Shown: piece after piece, positions 40,789 through 50,831 of the stretch | How the letters are laid out: every line of letters starts with the position of its first letter | How positions within the stretch are numbered: the first letter of the stretch is position 1 | Assembly (NCBI GenBank): GCA_002719295.1 | Contig: PBHC01000005.1 | Location: 1 to 64,000, forward strand | Source: Chloroflexota bacterium | GTDB lineage: Bacteria; Chloroflexota; Dehalococcoidia; Lucifugimonadales; Lucifugimonadaceae | Direction: 5' to 3' | DNA: 64,000 bases | Notes under the pieces: model-generated | Told to the model about the DNA's origin: nothing | The model's input: the letters and a program-made list of their open reading frames with translations, nothing else | Database searches by the model: none | Program-made: the position numbers and the translations under genes

Positions 40789-42735
40789 TTAATCTTTCCT
40801 TTGTCTAGATGGCCAAAGTGTAATAACTGTGCCTATTAATAGTATAGGACCTGAAGCCCAAATCCACCATGCTAAAGGGTTAACTGCTATTCTCACTGTC
40901 ATATTAGTTTCATCTATAAAATCTTTTGGAATGATGTATAAGTCTTCTATTGGATTACTCAATATGCCAGACCTAACACTTATCTGATTATAGTTGGGGT
41001 AATATGAATGCATTGCTTCTATTTTTCCAATAAATTTTTTATGCTCATCATAAATTGAAAACTTAGCTTTTGTAACAGAATTTCCATTTGTTAATTCTTG
41101 GTCTATATTTTCAAAATATATATTGTAGTTCTTAAAAGCTATTTCTTCTGAAATACTAATATTTGTATCAACTCTTTGGTCATAAAATTTTGTCCCAACT
41201 ACACCAAAAGCTAAAGCTAAAATAGCAAGATGAACTATGTAACCACCATTTCTTCCCCTGTTTGAAATTATCGTTTTAATGAATGCAGTCAATGGGTTCA
41301 TTGAGTTAGTCATTCTTGATCGGGTGCCTCCTATCCACTCCTTAAATATAATGGTTAGAACAAAGAATATTGAGCATAAAGAAATAATAGGAAAGAATTT
41401 ATTTATTCCTATTATTATTAAATAAATGAAAAATATTAATGTAAGTATTATAGATGGCAAAATTCTGGATATTGTTGCTTTGAAGCTAGTTTTTCTCCAA
41501 GATAGAATTGGTCCTATTCCCATTAATAGAATAATCGCTAATAAAATAGGTCCTGCTGTTTTGTTAAAATATGGGGCAGAAACACTTATCTCTGTTCCTG
41601 TAAATAGTATAGATACAACAGGAAATAAAACTCCCCATAATATAATTAAAGAGGTAAGAACAAGTAGTACATTATTTAATAAAAATGACGATTCTCTTGA
41701 TAAATAAGATTCAATTTTATTTTTACTTTCTTTAATATTTTTGTACTTGTAAATAATAGTAAAAAGACTGTATGAAGTCATCACTATCATGAATCCTAGA
41801 AATAAGAAACCTAGGGTCGAAGCTGCAAATGAATGTACTGAAACGACAGGTCCACCACGATTTATAAAAGTTCCTAATAATGCTAGAACGAATGTTAATG
41901 AAACAAGAATAATATTCCACAGTCTAAACATCCCTCTTCGTTCTTCTACCATTATTGAATGAATTAAAGCTGTTAATACCAGCCAAGGCATTAGACCTAC
42001 ATTTTCTATAGGATCCCAACTCCAATAACCTCCCCATCCAAGAATAGTATAAGCCCACCATGCTCCTATTAATAATCCTGCACCTAATAATGCCCAAGAA
42101 ATTAAACTCCATATTCTCAATAATCCAAACCAATTATTTTCTTTTTTAGAATCAAACAAAGCTCCTTGTGAAATAACAAAAGGGATTGATATTGATGCCA
42201 ATCCTGACATAAGTAATGGAGGGTGGATATACATACCAGGGTGTCTCAAAAGAGGATTTATTCCTTTCCCATCTGTGTGATTTAATTGAGAAACTTCAAA
42301 AGGATTTGCAAAAAAAAGTAATACAAAAATATAAAAGGAACTTATTAAGGAAAGAATTCCACACGAATAAGCTAAACTTGGTTTTATTTTTTTTGAAGAA
42401 AAAAATAACAAAAAACCACTTAGAATAGCGTGAACCAACAAAATATATAATAAAGAGCCTGCATTTCCAGCATAAAAAGCAACAAAAGTTAAAGCCCTAT
42501 TCATGTCTAAACTTGAATGATTAAATACATAAATATTAGAGAAGTCATTTGATAAAAATAGTGATATCAGTGAAATACAAGATATAAAAATCATTATTAT
42601 TGAAAGGTAATAACTTCTTGTTGCACTTTTTATTGTAATTTTATGTTCTTTGTAGAATCCTAAGAAAAACAGAATAGATGAATATAGAGATAGTATAAAT
42701 CCTAGTATAAGAATGTAGAATCCAAAAGTATTCAT
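40789..42735 (-). CDS. ccmF: Cytochrome c heme lyase CcmF/NrfE
   Basis: GINPLL, IHPP, WAY..LGWGGYWSWDPIEN, SVHSFA. Confidence 0.95.
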   Translation of the reverse strand: MNTFGFYILILGFILSLYSSILFFLGFYKEHKITIKSATRSYYLSIIMIFISCISLISLFLSNDFSNIYVFNHSSLDMNRALTFVAFYAGNAGSLLYILLVHAILSGFLLFFSSKKIKPSLAYSCGILSLISSFYIFVLLFFANPFEVSQLNHTDGKGINPLLRHPGMYIHPPLLMSGLASISIPFVISQGALFDSKKENNWFGLLRIWSLISWALLGAGLLIGAWWAYTILGWGGYWSWDPIENVGLMPWLVLTALIHSIMVEERRGMFRLWNIILVSLTFVLALLGTFINRGGPVVSVHSFAASTLGFLFLGFMIVMTSYSLFTIIYKYKNIKESKNKIESYLSRESSFLLNNVLLVLTSLIILWGVLFPVVSILFTGTEISVSAPYFNKTAGPILLAIILLMGIGPILSWRKTSFKATISRILPSIILTLIFFIYLIIIGINKFFPIISLCSIFFVLTIIFKEWIGGTRSRMTNSMNPLTAFIKTIISNRGRNGGYIVHLAILALAFGVVGTKFYDQRVDTNISISEEIAFKNYNIYFENIDQELTNGNSVTKAKFSIYDEHKKFIGKIEAMHSYYPNYNQISVRSGILSNPIEDLYIIPKDFIDETNMTVRIAVNPLAWWIWASGPILLIGTVITLWPSRQRKD

Positions 42736-43121
42736 TTGATTTTATCTCTTTTTATATATAAACCTAAAACCACAATTGAAAGTAGTACAGCAATAGCGGG
42801 AATTATATAAGCAATTGAGTTAAAACCAGTCATTTTAGGATAAGCTAGTACAGATTCTCCATATCTATTAATAAAATAAGTCTTAATCTGTTCTTCAGTG
42901 TACCCTTCTTCTATTTTCTTCTTTATTGTATCTTTCATATTGTTTGCAATTAATGATTGAGATTGGTCTAGTGTTTGACCGTCACAAACAGGGCACATTA
43001 TTTCTTTTTCTAATTTTATGTATAGACTATCTTCCGAATTATTTTGGGATGCAAAACATGCATTAATAGAAAAAACAAATATTATAACTAAGCCTATTTT
43101 AGGTAGATTATTGTAAATCAT
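42732..43121 (-). CDS. ccmH: Cytochrome c biogenesis protein CcmH
   Basis: IMCPVCDGQTL..S, F..RYGE.VL..P. Confidence 0.9.
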   Translation of the reverse strand: MIYNNLPKIGLVIIFVFSINACFASQNNSEDSLYIKLEKEIMCPVCDGQTLDQSQSLIANNMKDTIKKKIEEGYTEEQIKTYFINRYGESVLAYPKMTGFNSIAYIIPAIAVLLSIVVLGLYIKRDKIK

Positions 43122-43626
43122 CCCATATGTAATTTACGATTGCTTTAATTTCGTCTTCAGTAAGCATATTTTCGTAAGCTGGCATAAGGCCTGCTCCACC
43201 TTTTATAAATACTACAGCATTGTCCTTAGATAGTTGAGAAGTTAATAAATTAGCTGGATTTTTATGCTTTTCACCAGTAACTTTATACCAATAATTTTCT
43301 TCATCTGTAATTTTACTAGCAGCAGGTCCATTTCCATCAGCATTATCACCGTGACAAAATGCACAGTTTACAGTATATAAGTATGACCCATCATAGTCTT
43401 CAGATGAGTCTAAGTTCATATCTAAATTTTTATCACTTCCAACTTCAGAGAATGTTACACTGTCTGGATGTGCAGGTACTCTAGGAGGTTCTTGATATTT
43501 ATTAGATTGGTTGTAATGCATTTCACTGAAAATTTCTACGGGATAAGTGTTATTTTGCTGAACACAAGAAGTCAACATTACTACTAATAACGATAAAAGA
43601 ATTATTATTTTTTTATTTATCTTCAT
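43108..43626 (-). CDS. actE: ACIII monoheme lipoprotein cytochrome c, ActE-like
   Basis: Lipobox LTSC, EMHYNQS, CAFCH, distal MP. Confidence 0.78.
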   Translation of the reverse strand: MKINKKIIILLSLLVVMLTSCVQQNNTYPVEIFSEMHYNQSNKYQEPPRVPAHPDSVTFSEVGSDKNLDMNLDSSEDYDGSYLYTVNCAFCHGDNADGNGPAASKITDEENYWYKVTGEKHKNPANLLTSQLSKDNAVVFIKGGAGLMPAYENMLTEDEIKAIVNYIWDDLQ

Positions 43627-43644
43627 ATTATTAATTTTACTAGT

Positions 43645-44145
43645 TTAACCCTCTTTTATTTCTTCAGAACCAGATTTTTCTAATATTTTTTTAGCTTTAC
43701 TAAAATCAGAATCCTCTACAGAAATTACTACACCTATATACCCTTCAGTAATCCTAGGATCATAAACTCCTGGAGCTATGTTTGGCAATCTTGATTCAAA
43801 GATTATTCCTATTACACTAAAAATCACAGCTGATAACATAGTCATTTCATACATAATGATTAACATTGCAAAAATAGAAAGAATAGGTTTTCCTCCAGTG
43901 ATTAATGGATATGCTAATTGTGTTGCAGTGGTTAAAAATAGAGATAAACTGAATCCTATAATTGCACCAAATGCTGGAAACCTAAATAACCTATGCTGGG
44001 GGACATGCTCACCAAATGCTCCTTCAGGATAAGGCGTTCCTGTTAGAACATCAAATGTCCCAACTTCAAAGCCTCCTTCTTTTAGTCCATCCATGGCGTT
44101 TGCGGCATCATTTGGATCTATATATAAACCTAATAAGCTTTTCAT
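43645..44145 (-). CDS. actD: ACIII subunit ActD (DUF3341)
   Basis: TPYP, YPLITGGKP, YEMTML, YDPRIT; two TM helices. Confidence 0.85.
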   Translation of the reverse strand: MKSLLGLYIDPNDAANAMDGLKEGGFEVGTFDVLTGTPYPEGAFGEHVPQHRLFRFPAFGAIIGFSLSLFLTTATQLAYPLITGGKPILSIFAMLIIMYEMTMLSAVIFSVIGIIFESRLPNIAPGVYDPRITEGYIGVVISVEDSDFSKAKKILEKSGSEEIKEG

Positions 44146-44149
44146 TTTT

Positions 44150-45541
44150 TTACTCCTCTTCCTCTCTAAATATAGTAGGAACTGTTGCGCGACCTATTTT
44201 TATATCGTCGCTAAAAACTTCACTTTCTTTTTGTTCAAATAAAGGAACTAATGGGAAAATCCTAGAAAAAATTAACATTAATAAAGTAACCCAACAAAAT
44301 GACCAAAAAAGTACGTACCATTCAAACCAGCTCGGTGAGTATGCTTCCCATGTAAATACAAAAGGGGTCCTTCTAGCTAGGCCTGGAACAATGATCAAAA
44401 ATCTTTCAAGCCACATTCCTATATTTACTAATATTGAACTCCAAAACATTAATGCAATATTTGTTCTTATTCTTTTAAAAATCCACATTGGAACAGGCAA
44501 AATATATCCCGTTAGCAAGAAGGTTAAGAATAGCATATTCCATGGATACTGAAATATTTGCATTTCTCTAAGAGCTATTTCAGGTGCATCTAATCCATAT
44601 AAAGCAAATAAAAGTTCTAAAAATGTGAATCCTAACCAAGCAGTTGCAACCACAGTTAGTAATCTTGCAAGTGCATCAAAATGCTCAGGTCTAATAAATT
44701 CATTCCATCCCCACCCCCATCTCATTAATGCCATCATAGTAACTACTGCTGATACACCAGAGTGGACAGCTCCTATAACAAAATAAGGAGCAAAAATTGT
44801 TGAATGCCACCCTTCTACTGCAGTTGTAACTGCAAAGTCCCACGAAACAATTGAATGAACTGATACGAAAATTGGGAGCATTAATGCTGACAATAGAATT
44901 CCTCCAACAACTTGCATTTTCCATTGTCTAGGATTTCCTCTCCAACCTAATGCTAAAATTGTGTAGAATCCTTTTCTAAATCCTGTAGTTCTATCTCTCA
45001 ATACAGCTAAATCAGGAAGAAGTGCTACAAATAAGAAAAGTGTTGAACCTGTTAAATATGTTGATATTGCTATTGGGTCCATAAATAAAGGTGATCTTAT
45101 GTTAGGCCATATCCCTCTAGATGCGTCATATGGAATTAACCAGTAAACAATTCTCCATGTTCTTCCTGCGTGAATAAGAGGGAAAACTAGAGCAGTAGCC
45201 AAGGAAAATATAGTTAATATTTCCGCAGCTCTTGTTACGGGCCTTCTCCATTCTGCTTGAGTTAGCCTAAGTATAGCGGAAATCATAATTCCTGCATGAG
45301 ATATACCCACCCAAAAAACAAATGTAGTAATGTATAGGCCCCAATAAATTGGTCTATTAAGACCTGTAACTCCAAGTCCATACTTTATTTGAATTCCAAA
45401 AAGTACAAATCCAATAATTACAAAGAATCCTAACACTGATACAAGATATGGCCACCATCTAGGTGTTTGTAAAGTTCCGTTTAAAAGTACAGAGTTTGTA
45501 TACTCTTGACTTAATCTATTTTCATTATCTCTTTGCTGCAT
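44150..45541 (-). CDS. actC: ACIII quinol-binding subunit ActC (NrfD/PsrC family)
   Basis: WG.YITTFVFWVGISHAG, RAAE, HAGR.W, SVHSIVSWDFA, WHSTIFAPYF, MWLERF. Confidence 0.9.
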   Translation of the reverse strand: MQQRDNENRLSQEYTNSVLLNGTLQTPRWWPYLVSVLGFFVIIGFVLFGIQIKYGLGVTGLNRPIYWGLYITTFVFWVGISHAGIMISAILRLTQAEWRRPVTRAAEILTIFSLATALVFPLIHAGRTWRIVYWLIPYDASRGIWPNIRSPLFMDPIAISTYLTGSTLFLFVALLPDLAVLRDRTTGFRKGFYTILALGWRGNPRQWKMQVVGGILLSALMLPIFVSVHSIVSWDFAVTTAVEGWHSTIFAPYFVIGAVHSGVSAVVTMMALMRWGWGWNEFIRPEHFDALARLLTVVATAWLGFTFLELLFALYGLDAPEIALREMQIFQYPWNMLFLTFLLTGYILPVPMWIFKRIRTNIALMFWSSILVNIGMWLERFLIIVPGLARRTPFVFTWEAYSPSWFEWYVLFWSFCWVTLLMLIFSRIFPLVPLFEQKESEVFSDDIKIGRATVPTIFREEEE

Positions 45542-45553
45542 AATTCTCCTCTA

Positions 45554-46939
45554 TTAATCTGGCTTTGCAACCCTAACACCATGAGCTTTTATATACTTCA
45601 CGGGCTTAGCCAATAAATTAAACTGTTGAATCTCCCACACTCCTATAAAAGGTACTACCCTTGAGATGATTATCACAATAAGAAATACAGAACTCACAGC
45701 CCCTACTAAAACTAATATATCCCATATGTCTGGAAATAAAGTTTTAGGTATTACTTTCAACCATTTATCATGGATAAGTGAGGGGTCAACAGACCAAGCT
45801 GGAACATATAATCTTATTCTTTCAAAAAATACTCCTAAAATAGCTAATATTGCACCGTAAAAAGGGCCATTTACAGAGTTTCTCACTTTGTTCCATATCA
45901 ACCACCACCATGGAAAAATAAAACTAAATAGCATGCCTAATATAAATACATACATCATAGGTCCTCTAATTAATAAATCTAACCATGCTGTATCTGACAT
46001 TGATTTACCATACCAGAAAACAATAAATGCTGAGTAGAAAAAGTATATCCACATTAGACTTGCGGCAAACATTAGTCTACCCAAAGCCCAAAATTGATTT
46101 ATTGTAATGTAATTTTCGTAACCAAAATATTTTCTAACAATCCATGCAACTATAATTACAGAAGCAATCCCCCCTTGTATACCTCCCATGGCATGAGCCA
46201 TTGGATAAATTGCATCTCTCCAACCAGGAACCATACTTAAACTAAGATCGATTGAAATTAATGTATGGACAAAAATTAATGTAAAGAAATAAAATGTACT
46301 CATCATTCCAATTCTCATTCTAAGAGTACTCCACTGTACAGTTGATCCAATAAATCCTCTAGCTAAAAATTTTGCTATTTTTTGTTTTGCTCCGTTTGAG
46401 TTGTCTCTTATAGTAGCAAAATCAGGTAAAGCAGAAGAATATAATAAAGCAAGTCCAACTATTGCTAACATTATTAAACTTAATGTATCCCAAAAGTGAG
46501 GACTATAATTTGGAGCTTCAAACCAAATAGATCTCCTTCTAGCACCATCAACCATAAGAGGAGGTAGTACCCAAAGTAAAGGAATCATTATTATAATATT
46601 AATAATTCCAACCGCTCCAATAATATGAGCGATTCTTGATATGGGTCTGGCCCAATTGGCTTTTGCTATCAATGGCGCAACCGCTACCATTGGAGCACCT
46701 GAAGTTGTACTCAATATAAATGCTAAAACTGCAGCAATATACCCCCATTGTGTTTGATCATCGCTTTCTAAAAATAATTTACCTAAAAGTCCAACTATTC
46801 CTAAAATACTTAATAGTGTAAGAACCCAAATACTTTTCTTTATAAACTTTCCACCTCTATTTGTACTAGAGATAAGCTCATCCTTTACTACTTTTGGATC
46901 ACTAGGAGGCCAATGGAAATGTTCTTCGTTAGTGCTCAT
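45554..46939 (-). CDS. Second, divergent NrfD-family membrane subunit (ActF-like)
   Basis: About 10 TM helices; NWARPISRIAH, VHTLISID, PGWRDAIYP, FFERI are degenerate versions of ActC motifs; start uncertain (46939 or 46960). Confidence 0.7.
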   Translation of the reverse strand: MSTNEEHFHWPPSDPKVVKDELISSTNRGGKFIKKSIWVLTLLSILGIVGLLGKLFLESDDQTQWGYIAAVLAFILSTTSGAPMVAVAPLIAKANWARPISRIAHIIGAVGIINIIIMIPLLWVLPPLMVDGARRRSIWFEAPNYSPHFWDTLSLIMLAIVGLALLYSSALPDFATIRDNSNGAKQKIAKFLARGFIGSTVQWSTLRMRIGMMSTFYFFTLIFVHTLISIDLSLSMVPGWRDAIYPMAHAMGGIQGGIASVIIVAWIVRKYFGYENYITINQFWALGRLMFAASLMWIYFFYSAFIVFWYGKSMSDTAWLDLLIRGPMMYVFILGMLFSFIFPWWWLIWNKVRNSVNGPFYGAILAILGVFFERIRLYVPAWSVDPSLIHDKWLKVIPKTLFPDIWDILVLVGAVSSVFLIVIIISRVVPFIGVWEIQQFNLLAKPVKYIKAHGVRVAKPD

Positions 46940-47666
46940 TGGTTTTAGCTTTCTCTCCAAAATTTTTATCTTTATATGGGTCTACAGTTGCCAAATATAC
47001 TACATTGGGATTTGTATTCAATTGAGGCATTAGAGAATATTTTCTGTCACTTTTTGCTAATATTGAAACTTCGCTTTCAGGATCATTTAGATCGCCAAAA
47101 GTTATCGCCCCTGTAGTACATGCTTCTTGACATGCTGTTTTTATTTCTCCATCTTGCAATTGATCTCCAGATTTCCTTGTACCTCTCTTAATCCTTTGCA
47201 TGCACATGCTACATTTTTCCATTATTCCTCTACTTCTAATAGTAACGTCTGGATTAAGATGGTTTCTAATTTCTTCTGGCCATGTAGGTTCCCAATAGTT
47301 GAACATTCTAACAATATATGGGCAACCATTTGCACAATATCTTGTTCCAACACATCTGTTATATACTTGGACATTTAATCCCTCATTATTATGATAGGTG
47401 GCATAAACGGGACAAACAGGTTCACATGGAGCATTTTCACAATGCTGACACATTATAGGAATAAATCTTGCTTTTACATTAGGGAATTCTCCTTCCCAGT
47501 ATCTTTCAATCCTGATCCAAGACATTACTCTTCCTCGTTCAAATTTATTTTGATCGTTTAGCGGAATATTATTTTCGACTTGACAAGCTGTAACGCATCC
47601 ACTGCAACCATTACATTTGTCGGTATCAATTACCATTCCCCAACTTCTATCTTTTTCAGCTACCAT
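46929..47666 (-). CDS. ACIII Fe-S subunit (ActB2/QrcC-like)
   Basis: CNGCSGCVTAC, CQHCENAPCEPVC, CVGTRYCANGC ([3Fe-4S]-type), RGIMEKCSMC...CQEAC. Confidence 0.9.
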   Translation of the reverse strand: MVAEKDRSWGMVIDTDKCNGCSGCVTACQVENNIPLNDQNKFERGRVMSWIRIERYWEGEFPNVKARFIPIMCQHCENAPCEPVCPVYATYHNNEGLNVQVYNRCVGTRYCANGCPYIVRMFNYWEPTWPEEIRNHLNPDVTIRSRGIMEKCSMCMQRIKRGTRKSGDQLQDGEIKTACQEACTTGAITFGDLNDPESEVSILAKSDRKYSLMPQLNTNPNVVYLATVDPYKDKNFGEKAKTNEH

Positions 47667-47684
47667 AATTATTCCTCTTTTGTT

Positions 47685-50051
47685 CTAATGAGAACTTTTT
47701 TCTTTATTTTCAGGCTTTTCTTCACCATGATCATCTCCATGTCCATCACCATGATCATCTCCATGTCCATGACTCTCTCTAAAATTTATAGATTCTTGAT
47801 ATTTATGATGATTCTCTTCCTCTGCTTCATGAGCTGTTTGCCCAGGTTTAACAACCAATACAGGAATCCCGGGTTCAACTGGGTATGCAGTTACATCACC
47901 TTCGAATTTAGGCATTGTTTTATTACCACCGGCTCTTTTTAATGACACTTTGGTTGATGCCCATGCAAAAGACCCAGATTTTTCATCTGTTAATCCAGAT
48001 AAAATCTTCAATACGTTTGATCCTCTATTCTCAGAATACCTTCCACCTTTTTCTGTCCCTTGTCCTGTAGGAACGCAAAGGGTTCCGGGTTGTACTGCAG
48101 GATGAGGATAGGCAAGGCATTTTATTTCTCCTGAATCAGATTTCAGATAAATAATATCACCTTCTTTAATTCCCATTTCTTCTGCCTGATGAGCATTTAT
48201 TTCTACCCATGTTTCCCATGCAGCAGTAGTTATACCGTCATAAGCTTCTTGAGCTAGAGGAACATTTGCATATTTCCCATCTCCCAAATTATTTGTGAAT
48301 GGAATCAAATGAAATTCTTCTCCATAATTTGTATCTGAGTTTGAAAACATATTTTTATTTTCAAATTCAAAAGCATTTTTTAATCTGATTTTTTTCTGAT
48401 CAGCTGTAATAGATTTATTCCAATATCCACCTCTTTGTTGAACACCGTTCATAAAAGAATTTTTATCATTTGCAATAATTGAACCAGAACTATTTGATTC
48501 TTTATATTCATTATCAAATATTTTCTTAACTAAAGACTTATTAGATCCACTTATTGATGGCTCTATATCAAGCAAAGTATCAACATAACTTATAGCTCCT
48601 GAAGCACCAGGCCCTTCTTTAACCACAACTGGTTGTTGTAGAGAAACAGTCATGTATCCAGGAAGAGGATTTGGAATTTCTGATCCCCATTCTTCAAAAA
48701 AAGTTGTATCTGGTACAACAATATCTGAAGCTTCTAATGTTTCATTCATCATGTTCCCAAAAGATATAACAGTTTCAACATTTTTCAGAGCCCCTAAAAC
48801 GTCTAGAGAATTTGGCATTGAGTAAGCCAAATCTACTCCTTTGATTATTACGGTATCAACGTATCCTGCTCTCCATTGAGCTAATTCTTCCTGCCACTGC
48901 TCGAGATTATTTGATTGATTGGAACCACCTATGTATTCTTTTTCAACTTCAGGGTTTATTATTATTCCGCCAGTTTTACCTACAGATCCAAGGAGGATAT
49001 TTAGAGAATATACTATATAAGTATTGAACTTTCCATTTGTGTATGCTGAAGTAGACCCACCTGCAAAAACTATACTATTTCCTTTAGAAATTTTGTGTGC
49101 AACTTCTATGATTTTTTCTTTAGAAACACCTGTTCTTTTTTCAACATCTTCTGGGTTGTATCCAAATTCGACTCTACCGTTAGGAAGTTTATTAAGAAAA
49201 TCATTGATTTGGTTGTCTGGAACAAGTTTTTCTTTGATTATTACATTTGCTATAGCTAGGGCTATATCTGCTTCTGTACCTGGATAAGGAGACATCCATA
49301 AGTCAGAATTTGCAGAAGTTAAAGAAAATCTAGGTTCTACGTGTCCAAAGAAGCCTCTATTACCTGAACGTAATTCACCGAAAGCAGTCCCAAATTGGGC
49401 AGGTGAAATCCAATTTTCTATCCAATCTGCACCAAAAGATAAAACGTTATCTGCATGAGCTATATCAAAATGCGGAATTTCATTCGTTTCAAATAGTTCA
49501 TATAATGCTTCGTGAAGGTTTGTTTGGTCTAAAGCTTCATAAGTTAGATATCTACCGCCTCTGCTTTCAGCAAATTTTTGAGAAATCCACCCTTCTGAAC
49601 TTCTAGAAGGGTTAGTAACTACTACAATCTTTTTTCCTTTAGCTGTTGCTTCTTTAATATATTTGTCCATTTCATCAACATTTGTATTTGCAAGGATCCC
49701 ATCTTTAGATCTTCTTAATTTTGGTTTATGCAATCTGTCAGGGTTGTAGTGAAGCTGAAGTGCAAAATCTAAGTTAGATCGTGCTCCTCCTCTGTTTACA
49801 GGATGGTCAGGGTTTCCTTTTAGTTTTTTTATTCTACCTTCAAGAATTCTAACTAAAACTCCATCTCCTGAAGCTCCTTCAGACCATGAAGTTGCATACC
49901 AAGAATCAATTCCTCTTACGAGATCTTCAGGCATATCGACAGGACTTTGAACAATTAGTTCCTTTTCAGGAATTGAACATGCAGCAAAAATTACAGCACC
50001 AGCTGCAGATTTTCCACTTAGTGATAAAAATTCTCTCCTGTTTATTTTCAT
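47685..50051 (-). CDS. ACIII molybdopterin-oxidoreductase-like subunit (ActB1/QrcB-like), Tat-exported, probably a lipoprotein
   Basis: NRREFL Tat motif then FAAC; KLKGNPDHPVN; molydopterin-binding-like C-terminal domain; no N-terminal Fe-S cysteines. Confidence 0.85.
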   Translation of the reverse strand: MKINRREFLSLSGKSAAGAVIFAACSIPEKELIVQSPVDMPEDLVRGIDSWYATSWSEGASGDGVLVRILEGRIKKLKGNPDHPVNRGGARSNLDFALQLHYNPDRLHKPKLRRSKDGILANTNVDEMDKYIKEATAKGKKIVVVTNPSRSSEGWISQKFAESRGGRYLTYEALDQTNLHEALYELFETNEIPHFDIAHADNVLSFGADWIENWISPAQFGTAFGELRSGNRGFFGHVEPRFSLTSANSDLWMSPYPGTEADIALAIANVIIKEKLVPDNQINDFLNKLPNGRVEFGYNPEDVEKRTGVSKEKIIEVAHKISKGNSIVFAGGSTSAYTNGKFNTYIVYSLNILLGSVGKTGGIIINPEVEKEYIGGSNQSNNLEQWQEELAQWRAGYVDTVIIKGVDLAYSMPNSLDVLGALKNVETVISFGNMMNETLEASDIVVPDTTFFEEWGSEIPNPLPGYMTVSLQQPVVVKEGPGASGAISYVDTLLDIEPSISGSNKSLVKKIFDNEYKESNSSGSIIANDKNSFMNGVQQRGGYWNKSITADQKKIRLKNAFEFENKNMFSNSDTNYGEEFHLIPFTNNLGDGKYANVPLAQEAYDGITTAAWETWVEINAHQAEEMGIKEGDIIYLKSDSGEIKCLAYPHPAVQPGTLCVPTGQGTEKGGRYSENRGSNVLKILSGLTDEKSGSFAWASTKVSLKRAGGNKTMPKFEGDVTAYPVEPGIPVLVVKPGQTAHEAEEENHHKYQESINFRESHGHGDDHGDGHGDDHGEEKPENKEKSSH
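47722..47769 (-). repeat. Two 24-bp tandem copies encoding a His/Gly/Asp-rich tail
   Basis: TCACCATGATCATCTCCATGTCCA x2 on the plus strand. Confidence 0.85.
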
Positions 50052-50081
50052 AATTTCCTCAAAATATTTCTCTTCTTAGTA

Positions 50082-50816
50082 CTAATGATGGCAAGCTGCA
50101 CAATCAGTAGGTCCTCCATTTTTTCTATGGCAATTAACACATTGCCCCATCTTTAAAGGTTCTACCTGGTAGACCTTTTCCATGCTAGCCACATCACCAT
50201 GACAAGTTGAACATACCTGAGATGCAGGCACACTCTCTTTTCCTTCTAAATCTAGACGTTCTGGGACATTCCCAATTGCGGAAGGATGGTTAGTTAAATA
50301 ATTAATGTGTGCTGAGTGTACAAATCTTACATGATCAGGAAGCCTATGAACCCTTCGCCAGTTAATAGGGGATGCCATTTCTGAATCAACAACAACTTGT
50401 TTATCTTCAGCATTTTCAAAAATACCTGAAGCTTCTCTTAGTTTTTTTAAATCTTCACTTTCGTAACTTCCAACTGCTCTATGACAACTTGCACATAATT
50501 CCACTGCAGGGACATGAGCTGAAGATGCTTTAGCAACTGTTCTATGGCAAAAAGTACAATCCATGCCTAATCCACCTTCAGATACTGGAGCTGCATGTTT
50601 TGTATGAGGAAAATTAATAGGCTGATCAAATGTTTGTTCAAATCCAAGAACAGGTAGTGGCTGTCCTAGCCATGCGTTGAAAAGTCCTGCTAACAAAATT
50701 GAAAATATTGCAAGTGTGGTTAGCCCACCTAATCCTACTAAAGGAATAAGAACTTTTACCCATAGTGGAGTGGTTCTGTCTAATTCTTTTATTCTATTTA
50801 TAATTTTTTTTATAAT
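50082..50816 (-). CDS. actA: ACIII pentaheme cytochrome c ActA; 5' end extended to a probable non-canonical start
   Basis: Five CxxCH (CTFCH, CASCH, CSTCH, CVNCH, CAACH), QPINFPH..H, W.RVHRLPDHVRF.H..H; frame stays open upstream of TTG 50696 through a TM helix. Confidence 0.85.
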   Translation of the reverse strand: MIKKIINRIKELDRTTPLWVKVLIPLVGLGGLTTLAIFSILLAGLFNAWLGQPLPVLGFEQTFDQPINFPHTKHAAPVSEGGLGMDCTFCHRTVAKASSAHVPAVELCASCHRAVGSYESEDLKKLREASGIFENAEDKQVVVDSEMASPINWRRVHRLPDHVRFVHSAHINYLTNHPSAIGNVPERLDLEGKESVPASQVCSTCHGDVASMEKVYQVEPLKMGQCVNCHRKNGGPTDCAACHH

Positions 50817-50831
50817 TTTTTTTCTCCAATA

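Noticed and set aside
47685..50051. Active molybdoenzyme for anaerobic respiration
   Set aside because: It lacks the N-terminal Fe-S cysteines and sits among act genes; ActB/QrcB domains are known to be Mo-free.
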